32,000 nt of DNA from Candidatus Kuenenia stuttgartensis (GTDB lineage Bacteria; Planctomycetota; Brocadiia; Brocadiales; Brocadiaceae), in the NCBI RefSeq assembly GCF_900232105.1, contig NZ_LT934425.1:3180001-3212000 (forward strand), written 5' to 3'. Below are positions 17,550-26,745 of this stretch, piece by piece. A model generated the notes under the pieces. It ran no database searches. It was not told the DNA's origin and saw only the letters and a program-made list of their open reading frames with translations. Each line of letters opens with the position of its first letter. Positions within the stretch are counted from its first letter, which is position 1. The translations under genes were made by a program, and so were the position numbers.

Positions 17550-19494
17550 CGTCGGGATTCCGCTTCAGAAATTCCTGGAAATATGCTATCGACCTTTGTA
17601 TATCTTTTTTATAAGTGAGATAAACCATGCCGAGGTTTTTATATGCGGTTATATAGTTTGGCTGCAGACGCAAGGTTTCATTATATGCCCTGATAGACTC
17701 CTCAATCATACCGGCATTTGCGTATGCCGTTCCAAGGCAGCTATGCACTTCGGGATGGTCCGGTTCGTACTTCACAGCAAGCCTGAATTCCTCTATTGAG
17801 TCATTCAAAAGTCCTTTCTTGAATAAAGCAAGCCCTAAATTAAAATGGGCGTCATAATAATGCGGTTTTAGCCTGATTGCCTCTTTAAATTTCATTATTC
17901 CTTCGTCGATATTCCCCAAACTAATAAATATATTGCCCATATTATTGTGCGTGAGGGCGGAATCTGGATTTGCCCCGAGAACAAGTAAATATTCCTGCAT
18001 CGCCTCTTGCTGCATGCCTTTTCGCTGATACGCCATACCCAGGTTGTGGCGATATTCAGGGTCTGCTTCCAGCGAAACCGATGTTTGAAATTCATGGAGT
18101 GCTGGATCAATATCTCCTTTCCCGAAATAGATCATTCCAAGATTATTATGCGCCCGTGCACTGTAAGGGGAGTCCTGTACGGTAGTTGACCAAAAGATGA
18201 ACTGATCCCTCCAGCACCTGTTTCTATGCATAGTTGTTACTGAATAGGGGATTACCGGGATTGCTATCAATAAAACAATCATAATGGTTTGGGGAAGGTT
18301 TTTTTGTTTCACCATGGCTTCTTTGCTTCCGGAAAGGAGTGAATACCCTTTTGTTGTTTTCCGACCCGCATCACTTTTTTTGAAAAATAGTAATGCACAG
18401 CCCTTTTCCCATGCGCTGTGTATTGTTAATGCTAAAATTATGCAAAAGCCTACAGAAGGAAGATAAAGATAACGTTCCGCCATTATATTGGCAATAGGAA
18501 GGATATTCATTGCCGGAGTAAGGGTGACGAAAAACCATACCGTAAAGTAAAAGAACGGTTTCGAATAGAAATAAAACCGGCAGGCAATGATTCCCGCAAC
18601 ACATAAAAAAACCATACTACAAAGAAATGCGGGGGCAAGGGGAGTTGTTGTATGGGCGATCATATATTCAGCGTTGAAATGTACTGGGATGAACAATAGT
18701 TTTATGTATGCGGCAACCACCTTTGGCATGGTGAGCATATTAACGAAAAAACTATCTTCCGGATAGGTCAACTGTCCCTCCGCAGGATTATGCAACAGCA
18801 CAAACCTTATAAGAAGATAAAAAATACTTACCGCCAGGAAACCAATATAATAGCGAACGGCATTCTTTTTTATTTGTGCGCTATCCCCCAATATCCAATC
18901 GAAGAGGAAAACCATCAACGGCAAAGTAATTGCCATTTCTTTCGAACATAATGCGAAAAGGTATAAAAAGAGCGATGCCGGATACAGCAGGAGGTATCTA
19001 TGGAAATTTTTGGTTGAATTAATGAATAATAAAAGAGCGCCAAGAAAAAATACAGTAGTAAGGAGGTCTTCCCTATAACTGATTGCGTTTACTGTTTCAG
19101 TCAGGATTGGGTGCATGCTGAAAAACATTCCCGCCATAAATGAAACAGTTTTTTTCCGAATAACGGCAGACGTTATAAAATAAACAAGTATGACGGCAAC
19201 GGCATGGGATAGAAGATTTGTCAGATGATACCCAATGGGATTGAGTTTCCCTATTGAATAATCGATGAAATATGAAATGGTTACAAGAGGACGATACGTT
19301 GCTTCCCCTGAAAGTTTAAAATATTCAGACGTAAATAAATCCCGGAAATTTCCCCAATCCCTGATAAAATAATTATCGGTGACCGTAAATACGTCGTCAT
19401 AGACAAAGTCGTTATTGAGAGAATTGAGGAAGGCAATAAAAGGCAGGACAATGAGTATGGTTAATGGTAAAATTCGTAACATGTTATTGGTCAT
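17482..19494 (-). CDS. Multi-spanning membrane protein with C-terminal TPR repeats (TMTC/O-mannosyl-transferase-like)
   Basis: N-terminal LNNDFVYDDVFTVTDN...YRPLVTISYFIDYSIGKLNPIGYHLTNLLSHAV (GT-C-like), many TM segments, then TPRs (AHNNLGMIYFGKGDIDPAL, ALTHNNMGNIFISLGNIDEG, AHFNLGLALFKKGLL). Confidence 0.85.
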   Translation of the reverse strand: MTNNMLRILPLTILIVLPFIAFLNSLNNDFVYDDVFTVTDNYFIRDWGNFRDLFTSEYFKLSGEATYRPLVTISYFIDYSIGKLNPIGYHLTNLLSHAVAVILVYFITSAVIRKKTVSFMAGMFFSMHPILTETVNAISYREDLLTTVFFLGALLLFINSTKNFHRYLLLYPASLFLYLFALCSKEMAITLPLMVFLFDWILGDSAQIKKNAVRYYIGFLAVSIFYLLIRFVLLHNPAEGQLTYPEDSFFVNMLTMPKVVAAYIKLLFIPVHFNAEYMIAHTTTPLAPAFLCSMVFLCVAGIIACRFYFYSKPFFYFTVWFFVTLTPAMNILPIANIMAERYLYLPSVGFCIILALTIHSAWEKGCALLFFKKSDAGRKTTKGYSLLSGSKEAMVKQKNLPQTIMIVLLIAIPVIPYSVTTMHRNRCWRDQFIFWSTTVQDSPYSARAHNNLGMIYFGKGDIDPALHEFQTSVSLEADPEYRHNLGMAYQRKGMQQEAMQEYLLVLGANPDSALTHNNMGNIFISLGNIDEGIMKFKEAIRLKPHYYDAHFNLGLALFKKGLLNDSIEEFRLAVKYEPDHPEVHSCLGTAYANAGMIEESIRAYNETLRLQPNYITAYKNLGMVYLTYKKDIQRSIAYFQEFLKRNPDGDEAAEIRRTIEKIQAAQKTNK

Positions 19495-19534
19495 TGGTCA
19501 GTTTGTGATGAATTTCTTAATCTGTATAATCTGT

Positions 19535-19594
19535 GGTTTCCCTTTTGTATTTCGTGATTTGACCTTGTTTGTTTTTGGTTATGCCAGCTTTGGA
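19535..19594 (+). repeat. Family 1 intergenic repeat, divergent copy D
   Basis: TTTGTATTTCGTGATTTGACCTTGTTTGTTTTTGGTTATGCCAGCTTTGG resembles the copy A/C tail. Confidence 0.5.
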
Positions 19595-19708
19595 AATAGG
19601 AGTTTATTTGTTATTCAGATATGATCATTTTTTGTATTGTACACTGAAGTGGTGTTTTTTTTAGTAGAAAAAAATGCAGCTTCTTTGCAATTGTTACAAA
19701 ACCCATGC

Positions 19709-19736
19709 TTGACAAAGCATCATACAATTATAAATA
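19709..19736 (+). promoter_or_regulatory. Candidate sigma-70 promoter TTGACA-N16-TAAATA upstream of the serine protease gene
   Basis: TTGACA at 19709-19714, AT-rich -10-like TAAATA at 19731-19736. Confidence 0.35.
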
Positions 19737-19780
19737 ATTAAACCGTAAAGGAATTTTCATCTACCTTGAAAGGATACGAT

Positions 19781-20887
19781 ATGAACAAGAAATACACAAA
19801 ATTTCTCCCCTACTTTTTTTTAATTATAGCAGGATTATTTTTTTACCACGCGACAGGAAGTTTATCACGCGATAAAGTAGTGTTCCGTCCTGTAACACCA
19901 TCTCCAGGTGAATTTAGCAGCGAGGAGCAGGCTACCATAGACATTTTCAAGATGACCTCTTCTTCTGTGATATATATTACAAACAAACAGGTGCGAAGGG
20001 ATTTGTTCTCACTGGATGTCTTCAAGATTCCGCAGGGTGCCGGTTCCGGTTTTATCTGGGATGAAAACGGTCATATCGTAACTAATTTTCACGTTATCTA
20101 CAATGCGAATGAAATAGATGTGACGTTGAACGATGGTTCTGTGTGGGATGCCCGCCTCGTGGGCGTTGACCCTGACCATGACATTGCGGTGCTTAGGATC
20201 AATGCGCCAAAAACAAAACTGATACCTGTACTCATAGGTACTTCTTCCGATCTGCAGGTGGGCCAGAAAGTACTGGCGCTCGGCAATCCATTCGGTCTGG
20301 ATCTGACCCTTACAACAGGGATTATCAGCGCGCTTGGAAGAACGATTGAGGCGATGACGGGAAGAACCATTTTTGACGTTATTCAGACAGATGCCGCTAT
20401 TAATCCTGGAAATTCAGGAGGCCCCTTGCTGGATTCCTTTGGAAGAGTTATCGGAATGAACACATCAATTATGAGTCCAAGCGGTGCGAGCACAGGAATT
20501 GGATTTGCGGTTCCCATTGATACAATAAACCGTAATGTATCTCAATTAATTGCAAGGGGGAAAGTAGAACGTCCAGGTTTGGGCATTACCCTTGTTCCAA
20601 ATAACATTACAAAACAGCTTGAAATACAAGGGGCATGTATTCTTGAAGTCATTCCAAATGGGGCGGCAGACAAGGCCGGTTTACAGGGAACAAAAAGAAA
20701 CAGGACGGGCAGCCTCCTCATGGGGGATGTAATTATAGAGGTAGAGGGAAACAAGGTGAATAATTCTGAGGATCTCATCAAGGAGTTGTCCCGCTACAAA
20801 GTGGGGGATAGTGTTACATTAAAGGTTTTGCGGGATAAAAATGTCATGGAAAAAAGAATTAAACTGCAACCCATTGATAGTAAATAG
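19781..20887 (+). CDS. S1C family trypsin-like serine protease with PDZ domain (DegP/HtrA-like)
   Basis: Catalytic motifs VTNFHVI, DPDHDIAVLRI, TDAAINPGNSGGPLLD; C-terminal PDZ region. GAAAGG precedes ATG 19781 (alternative ATG 19766). Confidence 0.92.
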   Translation: MNKKYTKFLPYFFLIIAGLFFYHATGSLSRDKVVFRPVTPSPGEFSSEEQATIDIFKMTSSSVIYITNKQVRRDLFSLDVFKIPQGAGSGFIWDENGHIVTNFHVIYNANEIDVTLNDGSVWDARLVGVDPDHDIAVLRINAPKTKLIPVLIGTSSDLQVGQKVLALGNPFGLDLTLTTGIISALGRTIEAMTGRTIFDVIQTDAAINPGNSGGPLLDSFGRVIGMNTSIMSPSGASTGIGFAVPIDTINRNVSQLIARGKVERPGLGITLVPNNITKQLEIQGACILEVIPNGAADKAGLQGTKRNRTGSLLMGDVIIEVEGNKVNNSEDLIKELSRYKVGDSVTLKVLRDKNVMEKRIKLQPIDSK

Positions 20888-20894
20888 TACTACA

Positions 20895-20992
20895 GCGACA
20901 TTTTATTCTTACGTCCTCCACAAAAATCGGCAGAGTATTAACCATGACAGGGTTGTTTCTTTCATTTCCAACATCTGAAATAAAAATGTCGC
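20895..20992. repeat. Inverted repeat pair GCGACATTTTATT / AATAAAAATGTCGC bounding about 70 bp
   Basis: Arms 20895-20907 and 20979-20992 (one-base length difference); intergenic. Confidence 0.4.
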
Positions 20993-21079
20993 GGTGGTGA
21001 TAGTTTCTTAATAAAAATATTTTCTCATACGCTCTGTCCATGCGGTATGAGCCAATACCTTATAACCGCCGACTATTTA

Positions 21080-21199
21080 TGTAACACTTTAGTTTTTTGA
21101 AAAAGTAGGGGCGAAGCATTTGCTGCAAATGCTTCGCCCCTAACACTATGCGGCAAACATGGCCATTATTGGCCTTTTTCAAAAAACTAAAGTGTTACA
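21080..21199. mobile_element. MITE-like element (family 2), complete 120-bp copy
   Basis: Perfect 26-bp TIRs TGTAACACTTTAGTTTTTTGAAAAAG (21080-21105) and its reverse complement (21174-21199); internal hairpin GGGGCGAAGCATTTGC/TGCAAATGCTTCGCCCC; flanking direct repeat TATTTA at 21074-21079 and 21200-21205. Confidence 0.88.
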
Positions 21200-21205
21200 T
21201 ATTTA

Positions 21206-22480
21206 TTATTCGAAGTGCAGGAGTATGCATTCTGTTTTAAGGTATTTTTCTCTTGCTTCATCCTGTGCGGCAATACGAGCAGAATTAATTTCATTAAAAT
21301 GCAAGAGTAGTGCTGAAACAATATTGGGATCGAGTTTCGATTCTTCTCCCAATTTTTTAAGCTCTTCGTGTATTGTTTCGCCGGAAAATTTATTCCGGTA
21401 TGGTCTGATTTCTGTGAGGGCGGTAAATACATTGGCAACTGCCAGGATTCGCGCTCCCAACGGGAGAAGATCCTCTTTGACATGGAAAGGATAGCCTGTC
21501 CCTGATAACGTTTCGTGGTGATACGACGCCCACGAAACAATATCCTTGAAAGCCGCGATGCTTTTAAGGATAAGATGCGTATAGAAGGGATGCTTACGAA
21601 TAATGCCAAACTCCTCTTCCGTTAACGGTTCTTCTTTTTCCAACAGCTCTATCGGCACCACAAGCATTCCGATATCGTGTACATAACCGGCAATTTTCAT
21701 CCATTGGCATTCTTGTTTTGAAAAACCGACAAATTGCGCCAATTTTTCAGCCGTAGCCGCAACGCCGGCAGAATGCGTGGCAAAAAAAGCGCTTCTGAAA
21801 TCTACAATTCTTGAAAATACCTTAGAAAAGGAAACAAGGTGCTCCATGTCCAATGAAATAGAAGGCATTTTTACCCTGCCGGACAGAATTACATAGAGCA
21901 GTGACGAAGTGGCTTCAAGCCAGAAATACTCCTTTTCTGCTAATTTCAGAAAGGCATCTACCAGTTCCGGCATGAACATTTTTCCGGATTGTGCCTTTAT
22001 CTTTTCACGAATACTGTCCACCTGCCCGAGTATTTCTTCCTGTTTATTTATTAAAGTAGAAACCCTGTCCGCAATATGTAATATATAACTGCCATATGGC
22101 ACCTTTTTTCCCGATTTCTGTATTTTATTTTTTTTATCCCAGCGGACGTGATGAAATCGTATAAGATTTGCGATGGAACTAAATGGTTTAAATTCGTTAA
22201 GGAAGAGGTATCCTAATTCTTCATGTTCGTGAGGAAATTCGCTTTCAAATTTAAGAAGGTCCATCCTTTCTGCACGGCAATAACATCCAATATCATGTAA
22301 AGCCCCTGCCAACACGAGACCTCTTTTTTCTTCCATGGATAACCCCAGTTCTTCGCTGAGGCTAAAAGCGATATAAGCAACTTGCATGTGATGATTTACC
22401 CATGCGGGATTAACCAAATCAACGGTTTCTGATAAACCCGTAGTTAAATCTAATAAGGATATTTGTGATTCTTTTGCCAT
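21206..22480 (-). CDS. Two-HD-domain protein with C-terminal HD-GYP-type phosphodiesterase domain
   Basis: First HD: GALHDIGCY...FHHVRW. Second: THSAGVAATAEKLAQF, AGYVHDIGMLVVP, IRKHPFYTHLIL, HHETLSGTGYPF. Confidence 0.85.
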   Translation of the reverse strand: MAKESQISLLDLTTGLSETVDLVNPAWVNHHMQVAYIAFSLSEELGLSMEEKRGLVLAGALHDIGCYCRAERMDLLKFESEFPHEHEELGYLFLNEFKPFSSIANLIRFHHVRWDKKNKIQKSGKKVPYGSYILHIADRVSTLINKQEEILGQVDSIREKIKAQSGKMFMPELVDAFLKLAEKEYFWLEATSSLLYVILSGRVKMPSISLDMEHLVSFSKVFSRIVDFRSAFFATHSAGVAATAEKLAQFVGFSKQECQWMKIAGYVHDIGMLVVPIELLEKEEPLTEEEFGIIRKHPFYTHLILKSIAAFKDIVSWASYHHETLSGTGYPFHVKEDLLPLGARILAVANVFTALTEIRPYRNKFSGETIHEELKKLGEESKLDPNIVSALLLHFNEINSARIAAQDEAREKYLKTECILLHFE

Positions 22481-22504
22481 GGTTTGAAAAGGGGCAGGAA
22501 GGGA

Positions 22505-24247
22505 TTATTTTTTGTCGGCGATTCTATCGTTAAGGGACTGGATAAATTTTTCTCTATCTACATTATGCATTTTTGCAGCCATATCAATCGTTGCTACTCT
22601 TCCCATCGTATTCCTAATAACAGGATTCGCCATTTGGCTGAATCCATAATCAAGAAATATCTGCAATGTTTCAGGATATTGGTCCACAATATCAAATACC
22701 TTCGTATCCTTGTCGACTACCGTTATTTTTTTAATTTCAGAAGGCTTAGGTTGTTCCTTCGTGTTCATAGTCTTCCACAAATTGTATCCAAAAAAACCTA
22801 TCGCGGCCAGCTCAAACCATCCCGATGTTCCCACAATACCGTAAAAAATAGGTTTTCCTCCGCTTATCCCGACGGACATTTGGGAAAATACCCGGATAAA
22901 ACATCCTGTGTTTAAAAGTATGAAGGTAATATGTGAAAGTTTAATACTGTGCATATTTATGCCGGTAAACGTTGGAACCATTTTTGAAGCATAACCAATC
23001 ATCATCATCGTAATAAAACCAACGGTGACGGCATGATTAAACGAACCATGAAATTGCTTTAATATCTCTGTTTTATTATGCAAAAAAGGCATGGTAATGA
23101 GTATTAGCATGCTGATGATAAGCCATATGTAAGCAGCATGTATCGTTTTTGTATAACTCCTGTCCATTACAACACCATGAAGTTCTTTTGTAGACCTCTC
23201 AAAGACGCGCAAACCGTAAATGAATGAAAAAACGGCGAACGCAATGAAGAATACCACCAATTGTGAAAACCGCAGTGCAATGACACTTTTGCCGGCAAAA
23301 ACGCATGTAATAAAATAAACTGGTATGGATGCGTTAAGCATCCAAAAACTGAGGTTAATCGCCTTTTCACGGACAGGCTTAATGTCAAGAAAAGCATATA
23401 CTGTCCTTATATTGACAGCAAAAATAAACATAAAAACAAAACCAAAGAGGTACAAATGTACGTAGGGGCTAAAAACTGATTTGGGTATCTCCTGAACCGA
23501 TTTATTATATAAATAAAAAACCATCCCCAAGTTCACCAATGAGGAAATCAACAACCACAGTAGTCCTGCCTTGAAAAATTTGTCGAATATGCCGACCTTT
23601 TCCTGACTGGAAGATATCGTACTAAAAAGAATGAAGGAAAACAACAGGACTGCACCAATCTCAAACATCGCGGATGCAGGAAGCAGGAATCTTACAGAAC
23701 TATACGGAACAGGCTGCACGACGGCCCTTAAAACAATGCCGATAATGATGAATCCGAAGCAGACATTTACCAGATTTTTGTGCCGCAGTTCGGTATTTTT
23801 TACCCTCGGTATGATGTATAAAGCAAACCCCATAATAAAAAGTCCTACCCATCCTACTAACTGGGCATAACCATGCGCCTGGATGTGGGCATAGTGCGTT
23901 GCGTTGAAATTCAATTTAATCGCAATATAACTAAGAATAACGGCACCAAATGTTACCCCTACGGTAAGTGTAAATAAAATCGCAGCTTTCGCGAACTTTT
24001 CATATACCTTATCTACCTCTAACAGAGGAAGTTCAACATACTCCCCTCCGCCTTTTTCAATGGCTTCATTTAATTCTCTCACCAACGTGTCATAATCAAC
24101 CTCATGTGCCTTTGCAAAAAAAGCTATTGGCTCATTAGGTCCCCGCACACCGCCGGCAATGACCAGGTTATACTTTTTGAATACTGCAAGTGTTTCCGGA
24201 TGCGCCTCTATAAGGTCTTTAATTACGGTATTTTTATTTATTTCCAT
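22505..24247 (-). CDS. NnrS-like / heme-copper-type multi-TM membrane protein flanked by DUF1858-like domains at both ends
   Basis: N-term VIKDLIEAHPETLAVFKKYNLVIAGG and C-term KVFDIVDQYPETLQIFLDYGFSQMANPVIRNTMGRVATIDMAAKM are DUF1858-like; the central about 12-TM region has HIQAHGYAQLVGWVGLFIMG and FNHAVTVGFITMMMIGYASKMVPTFTG. Confidence 0.75.
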   Translation of the reverse strand: MEINKNTVIKDLIEAHPETLAVFKKYNLVIAGGVRGPNEPIAFFAKAHEVDYDTLVRELNEAIEKGGGEYVELPLLEVDKVYEKFAKAAILFTLTVGVTFGAVILSYIAIKLNFNATHYAHIQAHGYAQLVGWVGLFIMGFALYIIPRVKNTELRHKNLVNVCFGFIIIGIVLRAVVQPVPYSSVRFLLPASAMFEIGAVLLFSFILFSTISSSQEKVGIFDKFFKAGLLWLLISSLVNLGMVFYLYNKSVQEIPKSVFSPYVHLYLFGFVFMFIFAVNIRTVYAFLDIKPVREKAINLSFWMLNASIPVYFITCVFAGKSVIALRFSQLVVFFIAFAVFSFIYGLRVFERSTKELHGVVMDRSYTKTIHAAYIWLIISMLILITMPFLHNKTEILKQFHGSFNHAVTVGFITMMMIGYASKMVPTFTGINMHSIKLSHITFILLNTGCFIRVFSQMSVGISGGKPIFYGIVGTSGWFELAAIGFFGYNLWKTMNTKEQPKPSEIKKITVVDKDTKVFDIVDQYPETLQIFLDYGFSQMANPVIRNTMGRVATIDMAAKMHNVDREKFIQSLNDRIADKK

Positions 24248-24700
24248 AAGTGTTAATAAAACAAATTTCTATAAACCTTTCAAGAAAATTAAAAATAAAC
24301 CGTTAATATTATTTATAATACTGCCGTATCTTTTGAAGAAACGGATTGGAAACACTCAGATTTTTCGTGTCGTGCATTAAATCGAAGGGATGGTAATTTT
24401 ATCTGTCATTTCCTGCATGTCAAAAATAGTATCACGATTTTCAGAAGCTCTGGAATTTCCTAAATTTTATTTAAAATCTTTACCTTAATTCTGTATAATG
24501 CCGCCTTTAATTTAACTTCTTAGCGCAACTAATTTGAGATTTGGTTTTTGTCTTTTTGAATATTTTCCGTTTATTGGACGTACTCAAAAACTTACAAAAA
24601 AAGAGGTTTTTACAGATTGATAATATATACTGCTGTAACTTACTGTCTACTATAAGAAATATATTCATTTTAATCTTTAACAGAAGGAGATAAGAGTGTT

Positions 24701-25075
24701 ATGCCAAAAGTATTAATAATTGATGATTCCTCCGTAATGCGCAAAATGATCCAGAGAAACATTCAACAGTCCGGTTTGATGGTTGATTCATTTGTGGAAG
24801 CAGGAGACGGAAAAGAAGCTCTGGCTAAAATTGCCGCAGATAGCAGCATTGACCTGATTCTTTGTGATTGGAACATGCCCAATATGACAGGTATTGAATT
24901 TGTGAAGGCACTCAGGGGCAGTGGAAACCAGACCCCTATTATAATGTGTACTACTGAAGGCAGTGACGCAAAAGTAGTAGAGGCTACAGGCAGTGGTGCT
25001 AATGGCTATATCACAAAACCATTCACCCCTGACCAATTAAAAACCAAATTAGGTGCTTTTTTACAAATTAAATAG
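24701..25075 (+). CDS. cheY: CheY-like response regulator
   Basis: VLIIDDSSVMRKMIQRNI, DLILCDWNMPNMTGIEFVK, TPIIMCTTEG, NGYITKPFTPDQLK; preceded by AAGGAGAT. Confidence 0.92.
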   Translation: MPKVLIIDDSSVMRKMIQRNIQQSGLMVDSFVEAGDGKEALAKIAADSSIDLILCDWNMPNMTGIEFVKALRGSGNQTPIIMCTTEGSDAKVVEATGSGANGYITKPFTPDQLKTKLGAFLQIK

Positions 25076-25152
25076 AAAAGTACCTTCTTAATAGCTATTT
25101 GCGCCCGGGCAATTTAAAAAAACCGAAAAAGAAATCAAAAGGAGCTTACACA

Positions 25153-25677
25153 ATGGATCTTAAGGGGATCATGGATGGGATTACTTTAGATATTAAGGAA
25201 ACAACGAAAATATTATTTGAAACAATGATTATGCTGGATTTAAACTATGGAGATGCTTCGCTCATTGACGAAACACAGATTAAAACTGATGTTATTGGCA
25301 TGGTAAGCTTTACAGGCCAGTATCACGGGGTAGTCGGTATATTTTGTTCAAAAAAATTTGCGCTAAAAGTAGCCTCCAGCATGTTAATGATGGAACTGGA
25401 GGAATTCAATAACGACGTGAAAGATGCCGTCGGAGAAGTATCTAATATGATCGCCGGAAATATTAAGACCAAAATGTCAGAAAAATATGGCGAAATGCAC
25501 CTTTCTATCCCCATTGTAATAGCGGGTGAAGGCCTTTCCATTACAGCGGTCGGCAACGTGCCTACCGTATCAGACACCGCCTTGTCATGCTTTAGCAAGG
25601 ACCCATGGTTGATGACGTATTTTAGCGCAGAAAAAGAAAAATTTGGCGTAGGTTTGCTGTTGAAAGAGTCAAAATAA
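25153..25677 (+). CDS. CheX-like chemotaxis phosphatase
   Basis: DVKDAVGEVSNMIAGNIKTKM (E..N phosphatase motif); AGGAGC upstream of ATG 25153. Confidence 0.82.
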   Translation: MDLKGIMDGITLDIKETTKILFETMIMLDLNYGDASLIDETQIKTDVIGMVSFTGQYHGVVGIFCSKKFALKVASSMLMMELEEFNNDVKDAVGEVSNMIAGNIKTKMSEKYGEMHLSIPIVIAGEGLSITAVGNVPTVSDTALSCFSKDPWLMTYFSAEKEKFGVGLLLKESK

Positions 25678-25700
25678 TAATTTATTTTCCCTATTATCTT

Positions 25701-26723
25701 ATGGAAAAACCTGCCGATAAATCAGAGAAAAAGGCGCCCGCGTCTCAGTTTGAGAAAACGTGGGTTAGTACATTTCCGCGCGTTTGCGAAGGATGCAGCC
25801 AATTAACAAACAAGCAATTTTTTCTCATTAACCCTGTTTTAAAAATTACCACCATAGGAACTTTTATTAAAAATGCCAATGCAAAGTTTGTGTTATCAAA
25901 AATAATTGTCGAGGATTTTTATGAGGGCGAAATATATTTACTTTTATCTTTAAAACTAGCGATAACAATTGGTAACATTCTCCTGCTTCTCGAAGATGAA
26001 GCAATAAAGGAAAATGCTAATAAGGAAAATTTCGATGCTGATTGCGCGGACGGTTTCAAAGAGTTTTCGAATCAGGTATGCGGTATTTTAGATAATGACC
26101 TACGCCTGAAATTACCCAAACCGATTCACCTGAAATTATTATCGGTAGAGCCAATAAACAAAGAAAATATGACCACCGTATTAAAAGACGACATCCTTAA
26201 CGAAGAATGCCTTTTCCTCTCTACTTCTTTAAGAATAATGGGTTTTGACGATGATCAATTTATTATATGTGTCCCTAAATTGATCGGAGAAGAATTTTTC
26301 GGGGAAATCATTGAGGAAGAAAACAAAGAATATCGGGGAACAATACTTGCAGTGGACGATTCAAACACCGATTTACGAATCATCAGAAAATTACTCGGTA
26401 ATGATTATAAAGTATTGGTGACAGACAATCCGGGCCATGCGCTCTCAACTCTGGGGAAAACCAATATCGATCTGGTATTAATGGACATTTACATGCCAGG
26501 AGTTGACGGAATTACCCTCTGCGAAAGAATTAAAAGAAATGCAATGGTTGAAGATGTGCCTATTATTATCTGCTCCGCCCACCCTACGCAGGAAAATGTA
26601 ATACGCGCCGTAAGGGCAGGCGCTGCTGATTTTATAGTAAAACCGGTAACGAGACAAAAATTAATGGAAAAAATTAACAAACATATGCTTAATAAAAGCT
26701 TAAAAATCCCTGCAAACCGATAG
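25701..26723 (+). CDS. CheC/CheX-like domain fused to a C-terminal receiver (REC) domain
   Basis: N-terminal half has DGFKEFSNQVCGILDNDLR, similar to CheX-type helices; C-terminal GTILAVDDSNTDLRIIRKLL, DLVLMDIYMPGVDGITLCERI, IIICSAHPTQ, AADFIVKPV is REC. Confidence 0.75.
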   Translation: MEKPADKSEKKAPASQFEKTWVSTFPRVCEGCSQLTNKQFFLINPVLKITTIGTFIKNANAKFVLSKIIVEDFYEGEIYLLLSLKLAITIGNILLLLEDEAIKENANKENFDADCADGFKEFSNQVCGILDNDLRLKLPKPIHLKLLSVEPINKENMTTVLKDDILNEECLFLSTSLRIMGFDDDQFIICVPKLIGEEFFGEIIEEENKEYRGTILAVDDSNTDLRIIRKLLGNDYKVLVTDNPGHALSTLGKTNIDLVLMDIYMPGVDGITLCERIKRNAMVEDVPIIICSAHPTQENVIRAVRAGAADFIVKPVTRQKLMEKINKHMLNKSLKIPANR

Positions 26724-26745
26724 TTGTTTTTTTAAGGATAAGAAT

